Source: Candidatus Bathyarchaeota archaeon (lineage in GTDB: Archaea > Thermoproteota > Bathyarchaeia > Bathyarchaeales > Bathycorpusculaceae). Taken from it: a DNA stretch of 64,000 nt. A program made the position numbers and the translations under genes. This document shows, piece after piece, positions 20,208-29,721 of this stretch. The notes below the pieces were generated by a model. It saw only the letters and a program-made list of their open reading frames with translations, had not been told where the DNA came from and did no database searches. The DNA is taken from contig CAVYXJ010000010.1 in assembly GCA_963772455.1 (NCBI GenBank), forward strand, positions 96,001 through 160,000, in the 5' to 3' direction. Position 1 is the first letter of the stretch; each line of letters starts with the position of its first letter.

Positions 20208-20869
20208 ACTTGGAAAGATTTCTCTCTCAAATAGATTCCCAACCTAGCCCAAAGATTCGTTTGGAACAATACACAGTTTCAGAACAGCTCGCAGCAAGCA
20301 TGCTTTACATCGCCGCTTATGCGAACGACGATATAGTTGGAAAGTCGGTTTTGGATTTGGGATGTGGTACAGGCAGGCTTTCGTTTGGGGCTTTATTCGT
20401 TGGAGCTAAAGAGGTTGTAGGCATTGATATTGATAGATTAGCGATTCAAACAGCGTATAAAAATTCTAAAAATATCGGATTAGACCAAACTGTTCAATGG
20501 GTTCTCGGAGATATAGGCATCGTAATTGGGAAATTCGATACCGTTTTGCAGAATCCTCCTTTTGGTGTTCAAACGCGTGAGGCTGATCGAGCGTTTTTGG
20601 TTAAAGCACTCGAAGTTAGCAACTGTGTGTACTCGCTTCATAGTCATCCCGAAGTCGATGCTCGGTTGATTAAACAGCTGAAAGTCAGTAAGGGTTGTTT
20701 GCAGGTTTCCGCTTCCCCTTTCCTTGAAAAGTTCATTGCGAAACATGGGGGTTCAGTTACAGCAGTCTATGCTATGCTTATGACTATTCCCCGAATGTTT
20801 GATTTTCACACAAAATTAAAACACGACTTTGTCATCGATTTATACATAATCAAAAAGAAAACTCTTTAG
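20168..20869 (+). CDS. METTL5-like N6-adenine RNA methyltransferase
   Basis: LEQY, DLGCGTG, NPPFG and YSLH motifs. Confidence 0.88.
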   Translation: MGEHAQKRLIRKIDLERFLSQIDSQPSPKIRLEQYTVSEQLAASMLYIAAYANDDIVGKSVLDLGCGTGRLSFGALFVGAKEVVGIDIDRLAIQTAYKNSKNIGLDQTVQWVLGDIGIVIGKFDTVLQNPPFGVQTREADRAFLVKALEVSNCVYSLHSHPEVDARLIKQLKVSKGCLQVSASPFLEKFIAKHGGSVTAVYAMLMTIPRMFDFHTKLKHDFVIDLYIIKKKTL

Positions 20870-21111
20870 AAACCCGATTAGCTGCTGAAGCTTAAATGGC
20901 TAAATTTTTTTATTGCATGTGCTAAAAATGCTTTTCACCATTTTTTATCACATATCTTGCGTTCATAAAAATCCCGCAAAATTTGGAACATTCATTTTTG
21001 CCGGCAAAATCCTTATTTTTATTTATTTATCAAAAGGTTTATTGCATCGAATGGAAACTAAGCATATGCATTTATCAAAATCAAGCTTATTTACAAGTAA
21101 AGGGAACTATC

Positions 21112-21693
21112 ATGAGTCTAAAATCTCCAGAACAAAAAAGTGGTCATTTAGTTGTGCCCGGCGAACGTTTGGGCGTAATTGAAGAATTTATTCCTGACTC
21201 GGGGACATACGAGAAAAACGGCGTTATATATTCAAAGATTGTTGGCCGTTCATTACTAGATTTACAAAATAGACGAGTTTCAGTCTATCCCGTAGCCGAA
21301 GGCATAGTTATTCCAAAAGTCGGAACGGTAGTAATGGGGCAAATCGGCAATGCACAATCTGATAATGTTTTAGTAAAAATATTCAGGATTGGAAAAAGAA
21401 AGCTTTCAGGCAATTTCGGTGGTGTCTTACATGTTTCAGATGTTTCTGACAGATACGTTGACCAAATTAGTGATGTAGTTAAGCCAGGAGACATTGTTCG
21501 TGCAAAAGTCATCAGCGATAAAAACCAAACATTTCACTTATCAATGAACGACAAGGGTTTAGGTGTTGTCTATGGTTTCTGTTCACGTTGCGGTACATTG
21601 CTTGAGCAGCATGGATATGACCTAAAATGTCCAAAAGATGGAAACGTTGAAACACGTAAGATAGCTCCAGATTACGACAAAGAAGATTTATAA
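21112..21693 (+). CDS. csl4: Exosome subunit Csl4
   Basis: VVPGERLG, S1 domain PGDIVRAKV, Zn ribbon. ATG at 21112. Confidence 0.94.
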   Translation: MSLKSPEQKSGHLVVPGERLGVIEEFIPDSGTYEKNGVIYSKIVGRSLLDLQNRRVSVYPVAEGIVIPKVGTVVMGQIGNAQSDNVLVKIFRIGKRKLSGNFGGVLHVSDVSDRYVDQISDVVKPGDIVRAKVISDKNQTFHLSMNDKGLGVVYGFCSRCGTLLEQHGYDLKCPKDGNVETRKIAPDYDKEDL

Positions 21694-21713
21694 AATTACA
21701 AGAGGAAGAACCT

Positions 21714-21995
21714 ATGAAAGTTAAAGTACTAAAGAAATCCGAAAATGAATTAAAGATTGAAATCGAAGGCACAAGTCACGGGCTCTGCAACTTGATAGCG
21801 AAAAGACTTCTAGAAGATAAAAAAGTAGAGTTTGCAGGCTACGATCTACCACATCCTTTAGCTTCAAGCCCCATAATCTACCTAAGGATGAAAGGCGCCA
21901 ACAAACCTGAAGATGCATTGATTGAGGCCGCAAACAAAGTTCGGGAAGCAAATGATGCTTTTAGTAAAGAACTTGATCGTGTTCTAAAAGCCTAA
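21714..21995 (+). CDS. rpoL: RNA polymerase subunit Rpo11 (L)
   Basis: EGTSHGLCN…AGYDLPHPL. Confidence 0.94.
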   Translation: MKVKVLKKSENELKIEIEGTSHGLCNLIAKRLLEDKKVEFAGYDLPHPLASSPIIYLRMKGANKPEDALIEAANKVREANDAFSKELDRVLKA

Positions 21996-22099
21996 CCTAA
22001 CTTCTAAAAATATTATTTTCCTCTTTATCCTTTTTTACAATTTGATGCTGTTTTATTTTAGTGAAAAATAGTAACTGAAAACGGTTTCAGGGAATAGAT

Positions 22100-22681
22100 T
22101 TGAGCAACCAAAAAAAATTGCGTTTAATTAAACCAGAAATCAGAGTGCTAGGCATCGACGACGGAAAATTTACTCCCAAAACTAAAGAAAGCGCATTAAT
22201 TGTGGGAGTTGTTTTTCGAGGAGGGAGTTCAATTGAGGGAGTAATGCATACTCGAATTATTATTGATGGCTTAGATGCAACTGAAAAGTTGGCTTTAATG
22301 ATTAACAATTCCCCTCACCGTAAGCAGCTACGTTTGGTAATGTTGAACGGCATAACTTTTGGTGGATTCAATGTTGTTGATATACAAAAATTGCATTTAG
22401 CAACGAAAATTCCGATTTTAGTTTTGACTCGTAAGAAGCCTGATTTGAATTGTATTCGTGAAGCGCTAAAAAACTTGGAAAAAGCTGAAGAACGTTGGGG
22501 AATGATTCTTGAGGCCGGAAAAATTTACGAGATGATCAACAAGGGCAAAACAGTATTTTTGGAAACTGCTGGTCTTTCATTTGAGGATGCCGAAAAAATT
22601 GTTGGTTTAACCTCGACTAGGAGTAGTCTGCCCGAGCCATTGCGTGTTGCTCATATTATTGCTTCTGGAGTTAGTTCTTGA
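22100..22681 (+). CDS. DUF99 family (endonuclease V-like) protein
   Basis: LGIDDG, GITFGGFNVVD and PEPLRVAH motifs. Confidence 0.92.
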   Translation: MSNQKKLRLIKPEIRVLGIDDGKFTPKTKESALIVGVVFRGGSSIEGVMHTRIIIDGLDATEKLALMINNSPHRKQLRLVMLNGITFGGFNVVDIQKLHLATKIPILVLTRKKPDLNCIREALKNLEKAEERWGMILEAGKIYEMINKGKTVFLETAGLSFEDAEKIVGLTSTRSSLPEPLRVAHIIASGVSS

Positions 22682-22754
22682 TTTTTGAGTTATTTAGAAA
22701 AAGTTTAAAAGGTAGAATGCTAAGGTGTCCCAAAACGGATGTGGAGTTAGGTAT

Positions 22755-23111
22755 ATGGAATTCTGCCCTAAATGCGGTTCACGTCTTGAGCCAAAAAAAT
22801 CCAAGAGTGGTAAAGAAGCAACTTTGGTTCTTGCCTGTGGAAAATGCGGATACAAAAAGCCTGAAGTCGACAAAAAAACCGAAACCAAAGTGGCGCCTAA
22901 GGTTATTCAGCATACTCCACAACAGCTTGTAGCTGTGATCGGCAAAGAGGAGCAAAAGTTGAGTACTTTGCCCACTGTGCGTATTGAATGCCCAAAATGC
23001 GGGAACAACACTGCTTATGTCTGGCAAGTTCAGACACGTGGAGCAGATGAATCTTCAACTCAGTTTCTACGTTGCACAAAATGCAACTACACATACAGAG
23101 AGTATAGCTAA
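22755..23111 (+). CDS. tfs: Transcription factor S
   Basis: MEFCPKCG…QTRGADE…CTKC; acidic DE pair intact. Confidence 0.95.
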   Translation: MEFCPKCGSRLEPKKSKSGKEATLVLACGKCGYKKPEVDKKTETKVAPKVIQHTPQQLVAVIGKEEQKLSTLPTVRIECPKCGNNTAYVWQVQTRGADESSTQFLRCTKCNYTYREYS

Positions 23112-23194
23112 ACCTCTTTGTTTTTCTTTTTGCTTTTTGTTTGCAAAATACCAGAGGGTACTAAAAATGCATATTCTTTTTTAATTGACTAAAC

Positions 23195-24274
23195 ATGTTT
23201 ATGGTTGTGCTCGGATTGAAAAACGACTCCAATTCACCAAACACCAGGAATCAATCAAGATTCTTTGTTAAAATCTTGCCATTCATTGCATTCGCTGTTC
23301 CATTGGCGTTACTGTTTTTTTTAAATCCGATGGATCCATACTTGAAGGTTTCAGCGCAGGATTCTTTCCAATTAATGTGGAAGGGTAGAACCTTCCAGTT
23401 ATTCTTCATTTGGCTTGTAGCCTTGGAATTCATTTTAAGTTGGGAAAATATTAAACTGAAAATGGAATCTAAGAACAAAACAAGAGTCGTTGTTTTTGCA
23501 TTAGTTTTGTTGCTTCCAACATTGTATGTGTTGTTTGAAAACTATTTTGGTTTAAACTCGGCCATCGTAAGCTGGGCAACCCAAAGTGGAATAGCCTTCT
23601 CTGAGTCCATGCCGCTTGCAATCGAGTACCTTATCTTTTCTCTTTTATTTTGTGGAATCGTTTTTCTCTCGTTTGGAAAAAAAGGTTTAGCAGGTTTCGC
23701 TTTACCCGCCTTTTTTGCTGGGTTAGTCGGTGTACTTTACACAATTGACAATGTTTTTCCATATGGGCAATTTACGCCCTTTCAACTGCTAGTTCCAACA
23801 ACTGCAACTCTTGCGTCGGGTGTTTTAGGTTTAATCGGGTACTCTTCTGTACCAGGAATTGAAATAGGGACTGGGATGCCAACTTTGCAAGTTACTAGTG
23901 CAATAGGATCAGCAAAATTCGCGATTGCGTGGCCTTGTGCAGGTATTGAGAGTTTACTTATCTTTACTGCCGTGGGTCTCCTATTCTTGAAGAAGATGAA
24001 CATTTCTTGGAAAGCCAAAATAGGTTTCTTTGCTTTTGGTGCGTTAATCACATATCTCATAAATGTTCTTCGAATTGCAACAATCTTCACCATTGGGGTA
24101 CAGTATGGAGTAAATTCTAGTCAAGTACAGTCATTCCACTTTTACTATGGTCCATTATGCGCTATGGCATGGATTATATCTTATCCACTGCTTATTCTTG
24201 CAATTCCAAAGTTATGGAGAAAAATCAAAATAAAAGTTATGAAATCTCAACCAAAACAGCTAAACCTTGCTTAA
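23195..24274 (+). CDS. Exosortase/archaeosortase family protein
   Basis: About 8-9 TMs. Catalytic Cys (IAWPCAGIES), Arg (INVLRI) and His (SFH). Confidence 0.85.
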   Translation: MFMVVLGLKNDSNSPNTRNQSRFFVKILPFIAFAVPLALLFFLNPMDPYLKVSAQDSFQLMWKGRTFQLFFIWLVALEFILSWENIKLKMESKNKTRVVVFALVLLLPTLYVLFENYFGLNSAIVSWATQSGIAFSESMPLAIEYLIFSLLFCGIVFLSFGKKGLAGFALPAFFAGLVGVLYTIDNVFPYGQFTPFQLLVPTTATLASGVLGLIGYSSVPGIEIGTGMPTLQVTSAIGSAKFAIAWPCAGIESLLIFTAVGLLFLKKMNISWKAKIGFFAFGALITYLINVLRIATIFTIGVQYGVNSSQVQSFHFYYGPLCAMAWIISYPLLILAIPKLWRKIKIKVMKSQPKQLNLA

Positions 24275-24821
24275 CCAAAATTTGGGCGTTTTGAGGTGGT
24301 AGAGACGCAACATCCTCAGCAATAAATGGACCATATGACTTCATGTCTGCGCCCATAATGGCTGGAATATTCTTTAAAAATCGAATAGTTGACCGTTTAT
24401 GAGTTTGAAGAGCAACAACGTTGGGTTCGTTTCTAATTACCACTTTGATAGGTTCCGCAGTTAGATGCCCTTGCATTAAGTCCTCTGTAAACTTGTGGTA
24501 TAATTTTGTGAAGTCTGTAAAAGTTTCACACATTCTTGTCTCTTCAACTGTTAGTAATTCTATTGGCAACTTTTGGGTTTTTGTGACAGTTTTAATGATT
24601 TTTCTGTACCTTGCCCCGAGGAGTTCTTTAAGCATCCTCTCAACGTTTGCTGATTCATGTTCAAGCAAATTTGTTTTAACAGATTTTTTGTCCAAAACTT
24701 TGTCTTCTTCTATAATATGTTTAAGATATTGTGAGATTTTCGCATAGAAATCTAGTGGAAGCCCTCCCAGTGTTGGGTCGTCGATTTCTCTTTGCCAAGC
24801 TGAATAAAGTTCATTATACAT
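24237..24821 (-). CDS. GINS subunit Gins15 (Gins51)
   Basis: Helical A domain (LPLDFY…RYRKII) then B domain (GADMKSYGPF…DVASLP); located next to priS. Confidence 0.9.
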   Translation of the reverse strand: MYNELYSAWQREIDDPTLGGLPLDFYAKISQYLKHIIEEDKVLDKKSVKTNLLEHESANVERMLKELLGARYRKIIKTVTKTQKLPIELLTVEETRMCETFTDFTKLYHKFTEDLMQGHLTAEPIKVVIRNEPNVVALQTHKRSTIRFLKNIPAIMGADMKSYGPFIAEDVASLPPQNAQILVKQGLAVLVEIS

Positions 24822-26050
24822 TAGTTTGCCACCTGAGCTCGTTTTTTACAGATAAGCATAACCGCTGCAGCAACAGGCATCTCAACCGTTTGATTCTTGT
24901 ATGGTCCCAAGGTTTCCCCACTCATTCTAAACTCTGGTGCGTCTGAAACAAACACTTTAGCTGTTCCCTTTTTAAAAGCTACCGCTCCTGTAAAAGGATC
25001 AAAAGTCTGTAAGTCTTTCGCCGGAAACTTTACTTTTTTAAGGCCGGTTTTTCCATGTAAAGTGCCGTTCATGCGGATTAAGCGGTGAATGTCAGTGGTG
25101 ACGACGGTATCAATCTTTGAGGATTGCATTTCTCTGACATACTCTGCTAGTTTTAGCCACGTTTGGACTTTTACACCTTTTATGCTTTCCCATTTGCCTT
25201 CCTGAATTGCTCGTTTAATAATAAGCTCTTTATTTTCTAAGATTGCTTTGTTATTCAAGCCTACTGCTTTGAGATTTTCTGTAGTCGCATTTAATAGAAA
25301 ATCTGCCATCCCAAACTTTAGTCGCTTATTCCATCCGAAATCGTGTAAACTAAATTTTTTTGCACCCGAACCACGTTTTCCTCGAGGTTGTTTACCTCCA
25401 TTATCCAAAATAGCAATACCTAATCCTGTTACAAAATCAACGATTTCTTTACGCGCCATTGCATCCAATGATTTTACAGAATCACTTTCGATGTGGACAT
25501 GATAACCTCTATGACCAGAAAAATATAAGTGCAATTCATTTTGGGAAAATCCAAAATCGTTCTCTAACATATCTATTAACTTGGCAGTTTCGGTGCGTGC
25601 GGAATGTATGCAAAGTTCACAAGGCCAAGTTTTTGATTCGAATTTTGTTGCTTCACAGCAGGGACAGACTTCAGGAATTAGTCCTCTGCCGCTAAACCCG
25701 CATTTGACACATGTGAATTCGTCATGAATTTTATCGCAGTTTGTTGGAATATGGTCAGCGTCGATGTCAAAGACTAAGTCAGCGCCTAACCAACCTTTTT
25801 TATCCATGTCTAAATCTGGGTTTTCATAGTAAGCGCAGGAATGATAAACATCTGAGGGTATAGTTTCAGCAAGCATTGCTCTAAAGTTTTTGAATTCAGC
25901 AAACCTTCGGTGTCTGACCATGAATCGTTCTTTGAACATGAGATATGCAAATTCTCGCTGTTCAGGGATGGTGATCGCAGGAATTGTTGTCGAGGGATCT
26001 TGGTAGTATTCAGCGAATTTTTGGTAAACGAATTCTCGAGAAGCCTCCAA
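24821..26050 (-). CDS. priS: DNA primase small subunit PriS
   Basis: DLVFDIDAD, FSGHRGYH and IDTVVTTDIHRLIR motifs. Confidence 0.96.
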   Translation of the reverse strand: MEASREFVYQKFAEYYQDPSTTIPAITIPEQREFAYLMFKERFMVRHRRFAEFKNFRAMLAETIPSDVYHSCAYYENPDLDMDKKGWLGADLVFDIDADHIPTNCDKIHDEFTCVKCGFSGRGLIPEVCPCCEATKFESKTWPCELCIHSARTETAKLIDMLENDFGFSQNELHLYFSGHRGYHVHIESDSVKSLDAMARKEIVDFVTGLGIAILDNGGKQPRGKRGSGAKKFSLHDFGWNKRLKFGMADFLLNATTENLKAVGLNNKAILENKELIIKRAIQEGKWESIKGVKVQTWLKLAEYVREMQSSKIDTVVTTDIHRLIRMNGTLHGKTGLKKVKFPAKDLQTFDPFTGAVAFKKGTAKVFVSDAPEFRMSGETLGPYKNQTVEMPVAAAVMLICKKRAQVAN

Positions 26051-26129
26051 ACCCTACCCCTCTTATGTGATGAATTATCCTGTTAGCCTAAATTTAACTT
26101 TATATTGCTAAGAATAGAATTGCCGCTAA

Positions 26130-27806
26130 TTAGATTTTGATCAGACTTTGGATGTTTTTTATTATTTGTTGGGGTAACAAGGGCATCCCGCTGAAGGCGA
26201 GTAATGCAATCATGATAATTAGCCAAATCATCGTAACCCCAAGTTCTGTTTTGCGTTGAGGTATCAATATGTAAACAAAAAAGTAAGGGATGTACCAGTT
26301 TTGGAAGTAGGGTAATGTGAAACTTGGCAGAAGAAGGAAGAGTGCTGACAATGAAAGTAAACTATTTTTATTTAACATGTAAAACGTGTAAACCAAGGTG
26401 GCTGCCAGCGTTAGAAGAATATATGTGAATTGCAAAGACCATGAGATTTGAGTGTGGGGTGCAAAAGCATTGATGCCGTTCATAATCAATTCTGGTCTAG
26501 TTTGTGATAGAAATGGAGCACTCAAAAAAGCAGTAAACGCACTAATGAGAATAAAAACGGCGCCCAAAATAACCGCTTTATTTCGGAACAATTTTCCAAG
26601 TTTGTTTCTTTCAATTAGTCTCAAAAAGCCCACGATTATTAAGGGCAATAAGAATATGCCAGCTTGATATTTTAAGAAGACAGAAATTCCGATGAGCAAA
26701 AAGAAGTAGTCATAACGTTCACTCAAAAGCATGGTTACTGCAAGTAAGGAAAAGATAAACGGGATGGAATCAAACATGCCGCCGGCAGCATAAATTACCA
26801 AACTCAAATAAATGATGTAGAGTCCTACCAATTTCCAAAATAAATGCAAACTCTTTTTTAAAAAGACTCTCAAGAAGAAAAAGAGGCATATGTGGGCAAA
26901 AATAAGGAAAAGAGCAATCTCGAGCTTATAGATTAAAACTGAGTCAAAACCATTCTGTAACAAAGAGCCAAAAGGTAAAAACAAAAGAATGCTGCCCAGT
27001 GGGTATAGATGTGGCATTTCAGGCCATGTTACATACATAAAGTGCGAATTATCTTGGCTTGAAAGTGTTCCTAAGGGCTGACTAAAAACTGATAAGCCGT
27101 CTTTGAGAAATAAAGTTGAAACATATGAGTGCCTTACATGGTCTGTGAACCAATTTTCAACGGTTGCAAGTGAATTAGAATTTAGAGCTAACAAAATAAG
27201 CCAAAGGATCAGTGATAATGCAATTAGTGATAATAGCCTGTTGCGGAAGATTTTGTCTATTGGTGGTAAGGTGGGTTTGGTTTCTATTTTTTCTATGTTT
27301 TTGCTAAATGTCAATTTTATTATGATTAACATTGAAACGCCTAAGCTGAGGATGAACATGATTTTTGCTGGAGTTGTTATCCAGGAGTATGGGTGAAGGC
27401 TTTGTGTTTTCTCTGCTGTTACTTGAAAATTGATCCAGTTCGCATTTGGCGAGTTTGAGTAGAAAATGGCTTCATAATAGTCTGGGTCTGCAGTGAAGGA
27501 ATAGGTGATGTTTAGTTTAGAAGAATTAACATAGAATGAACTGTTGGTGCTATTTACGATGGAGAAGTTTTTCGAGAACGATGATGATTCTATCCTAACC
27601 GAAATATTTTCCCCACCCTGGAAAGTCCCTATGCCTTTTCTGTAAACTTCATTTTGACTTAATCTGAAGGAGTCATTGAAAAGTGAGGTTTTTTCATTTT
27701 TTTCAGTTACTATTGGAAATATACTTAAAACCGATAGGAATAGACTTAGCGTTAGGAACACAATGGAGACTATAAGAAAAATTTTAGTTGTTTCCAGCCT
27801 CTTCAT
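26130..27806 (-). CDS. Multi-TM GT-C fold glycosyltransferase (GT87/PIG-M-like) with N-terminal extracellular domain
   Basis: About 12 TMs; loop motifs TDH, HLYPLG, GMFDS and LKYQ; adjacent to a polyprenol-P-sugar synthase. Confidence 0.6.
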   Translation of the reverse strand: MKRLETTKIFLIVSIVFLTLSLFLSVLSIFPIVTEKNEKTSLFNDSFRLSQNEVYRKGIGTFQGGENISVRIESSSFSKNFSIVNSTNSSFYVNSSKLNITYSFTADPDYYEAIFYSNSPNANWINFQVTAEKTQSLHPYSWITTPAKIMFILSLGVSMLIIIKLTFSKNIEKIETKPTLPPIDKIFRNRLLSLIALSLILWLILLALNSNSLATVENWFTDHVRHSYVSTLFLKDGLSVFSQPLGTLSSQDNSHFMYVTWPEMPHLYPLGSILLFLPFGSLLQNGFDSVLIYKLEIALFLIFAHICLFFFLRVFLKKSLHLFWKLVGLYIIYLSLVIYAAGGMFDSIPFIFSLLAVTMLLSERYDYFFLLIGISVFLKYQAGIFLLPLIIVGFLRLIERNKLGKLFRNKAVILGAVFILISAFTAFLSAPFLSQTRPELIMNGINAFAPHTQISWSLQFTYILLTLAATLVYTFYMLNKNSLLSLSALFLLLPSFTLPYFQNWYIPYFFVYILIPQRKTELGVTMIWLIIMIALLAFSGMPLLPQQIIKNIQSLIKI

Positions 27807-27891
27807 TGAATCCCCTTATCTTCGGCTAAAAATAGGAATTTGCTAATATTTAATTCTGCCACATGAAAAGAAGCTTTAACTCCACAGACAT

Positions 27892-28635
27892 CTATGAACG
27901 CCAAACTGCTTTCATTGTATATGATAAATAACTCTTAATTTCGGTCCATGAAAGCTTAGATTTTCCACGTTTCCTATTTACAAATAGAATTGGCGTTTCT
28001 TTTATGTTGAATTTTCTTAATCTTGCTTGTCTCACTGTTTCTATTTGGATTTCGTATGTGTGACTGTGTAGGTTTCCAATGGTTTCTTCGAGGAATTTTG
28101 TAGAGTAACATCGAAAGCCGCTGGTGCAATCCTTGAGCTTTAACTTTAAAGATGCTCTGGCGATTAGGTTGGCGGTTTTGCTGATTATTTTTCTTGTAAA
28201 TGGCCAACCGGCGATTTTGCCTCCCTTGACATATCTGCTGCCTATAACGATCCCGCAGTCACATTCCCTCATTGTTGATAGGAGTTGAGGAATGTCTTGG
28301 GGGTTGTGGGAGTAATCAGCGTCCATCGTAAAGACGTATTTTGGAGGTTGCTGGGAAGATAGAAATATTTTGAAGCCGTCCGTAATGGCTGTGCCTAAAC
28401 CCGTTTTTTTTGGTCGGCTATAAAGCATGATATGGGGGTACTCGGATTGTTTTTGTAGGACTAACTCTGCAGTCCCGTCGGGGCTTGAATCATCAATAAC
28501 TAGAATGGACACATCCAGATTGAGGTTTTCAATGTCATCGATTAACTTGGCGATGTTTTCAGCTTCTCCATAAGTTGGAAGAATCACGCCCACTTCAGAA
28601 TTTAAATCAGAGTTTCCTATTAGTTGATAGACCAT
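27892..28635 (-). CDS. Polyprenol/dolichol-phosphate mannose synthase (GT2, Dpm1-like)
   Basis: LPTYGEAENI, DDSSPDGT, MDADYSH, GSRY and DCTSGFRCY motifs. Confidence 0.9.
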   Translation of the reverse strand: MVYQLIGNSDLNSEVGVILPTYGEAENIAKLIDDIENLNLDVSILVIDDSSPDGTAELVLQKQSEYPHIMLYSRPKKTGLGTAITDGFKIFLSSQQPPKYVFTMDADYSHNPQDIPQLLSTMRECDCGIVIGSRYVKGGKIAGWPFTRKIISKTANLIARASLKLKLKDCTSGFRCYSTKFLEETIGNLHSHTYEIQIETVRQARLRKFNIKETPILFVNRKRGKSKLSWTEIKSYLSYTMKAVWRS

Positions 28636-28689
28636 CAGCGAATCTTGCCATCCTTATAGCAGAGTAGTTGCCTAATTAGTCTTATCAAG

Positions 28690-29712
28690 TCATTTAACCT
28701 GAATTAATGATTTTTGTTTCCTCTGGTAATATCTTAAAGGGTGATAGATACTGTTGCATAATGCGTCACGGTTTTTACATACCCCATGCGTTTGCAAAAC
28801 TGAGCATTGAGGGCACGTGTATTTTGTTCCGGACCCTCGTTCACCTGCGATGTGTTCGATTTGGTAGCGGGTTAAGCGTTCGTTGTAATCCGAGAATGTT
28901 TTATACAGGTCATTTAATCCCTCGGGAGTCATTCCAATGTTGACTAGAAACGAAGTTAATGTGAAGCGTCCGATGTGACTGAGATGGTGGCTTTGGGCTG
29001 CATCTGCATGGAGTGCGTTTATACATGGTGGGAAAGCTGCTTGGATCACAACTTTGGGCATTTCCTCGATTTCCTGCCCCATAATCTCCTGCGCTAGCAC
29101 CATCAGTCCTTCGGCGATTGTAGTGATTTCTTCGGGTAAGTTCTTGATTTCAGAAACTTCTAACCGCTTCTCGACGCGCCGTTTAATTTCTTCTTGGAGT
29201 AGGCGTACACATTTGTCTCTGTTCAAGTAAACTATGCCCTTATCCATGATTTGGTTTATGAGCTTCCATTCAGAACCATGCATATGAGCAGAGTTTTTCA
29301 AATAAGTGGAAAATCCTATGCGGAAATCCTTGTAGGGTTTACCTTGGCCAATATCCCAATCAAAGTCTTTAGCTATACATTCAATTTTTTCTTTTGGCTT
29401 AAGCAATTGCGTGTGAGCTGTCTTTGCCACTGCCAAGGCATATCTTTTTTTTATCCAGGAATTTTTAGTGGCAATAACTAAAATGAGTGATGCGGCGAAA
29501 GATGAAATTTCTGTGGCTTTGTCTTTGACCAATTCACCCGTGTTTACATCCAATATGGCTTTTTTAACACGTTCTTGGGCGCGGTCAAAAACAGGTTTTT
29601 CCGAAGCTAAGCTTCCAATTGTAAACTGCAATTCTTCAATTTGTTTGGATGCCTGCTTCAAAAAAGGGTATTTGGCAAAATCTTCAGAAGATATTGCCGA
29701 TTCCATCTGCAA
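28690..29712 (-). CDS. priL: DNA primase large subunit PriL
   Basis: AKYPF, FPPC, HIGRF, YQIEHIAG and Fe-S cysteines. Confidence 0.95.
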   Translation of the reverse strand: MQMESAISSEDFAKYPFLKQASKQIEELQFTIGSLASEKPVFDRAQERVKKAILDVNTGELVKDKATEISSFAASLILVIATKNSWIKKRYALAVAKTAHTQLLKPKEKIECIAKDFDWDIGQGKPYKDFRIGFSTYLKNSAHMHGSEWKLINQIMDKGIVYLNRDKCVRLLQEEIKRRVEKRLEVSEIKNLPEEITTIAEGLMVLAQEIMGQEIEEMPKVVIQAAFPPCINALHADAAQSHHLSHIGRFTLTSFLVNIGMTPEGLNDLYKTFSDYNERLTRYQIEHIAGERGSGTKYTCPQCSVLQTHGVCKNRDALCNSIYHPLRYYQRKQKSLIQVK

Positions 29713-29721
29713 TTGGAGTCA

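Noticed and set aside
20983-21111. N-terminal extensions of Csl4 (and of RpoP, Pus10, KsgA) in the ORF track
   Set aside because: Artefacts of longest-ORF start choice; family homology begins at downstream ATGs.
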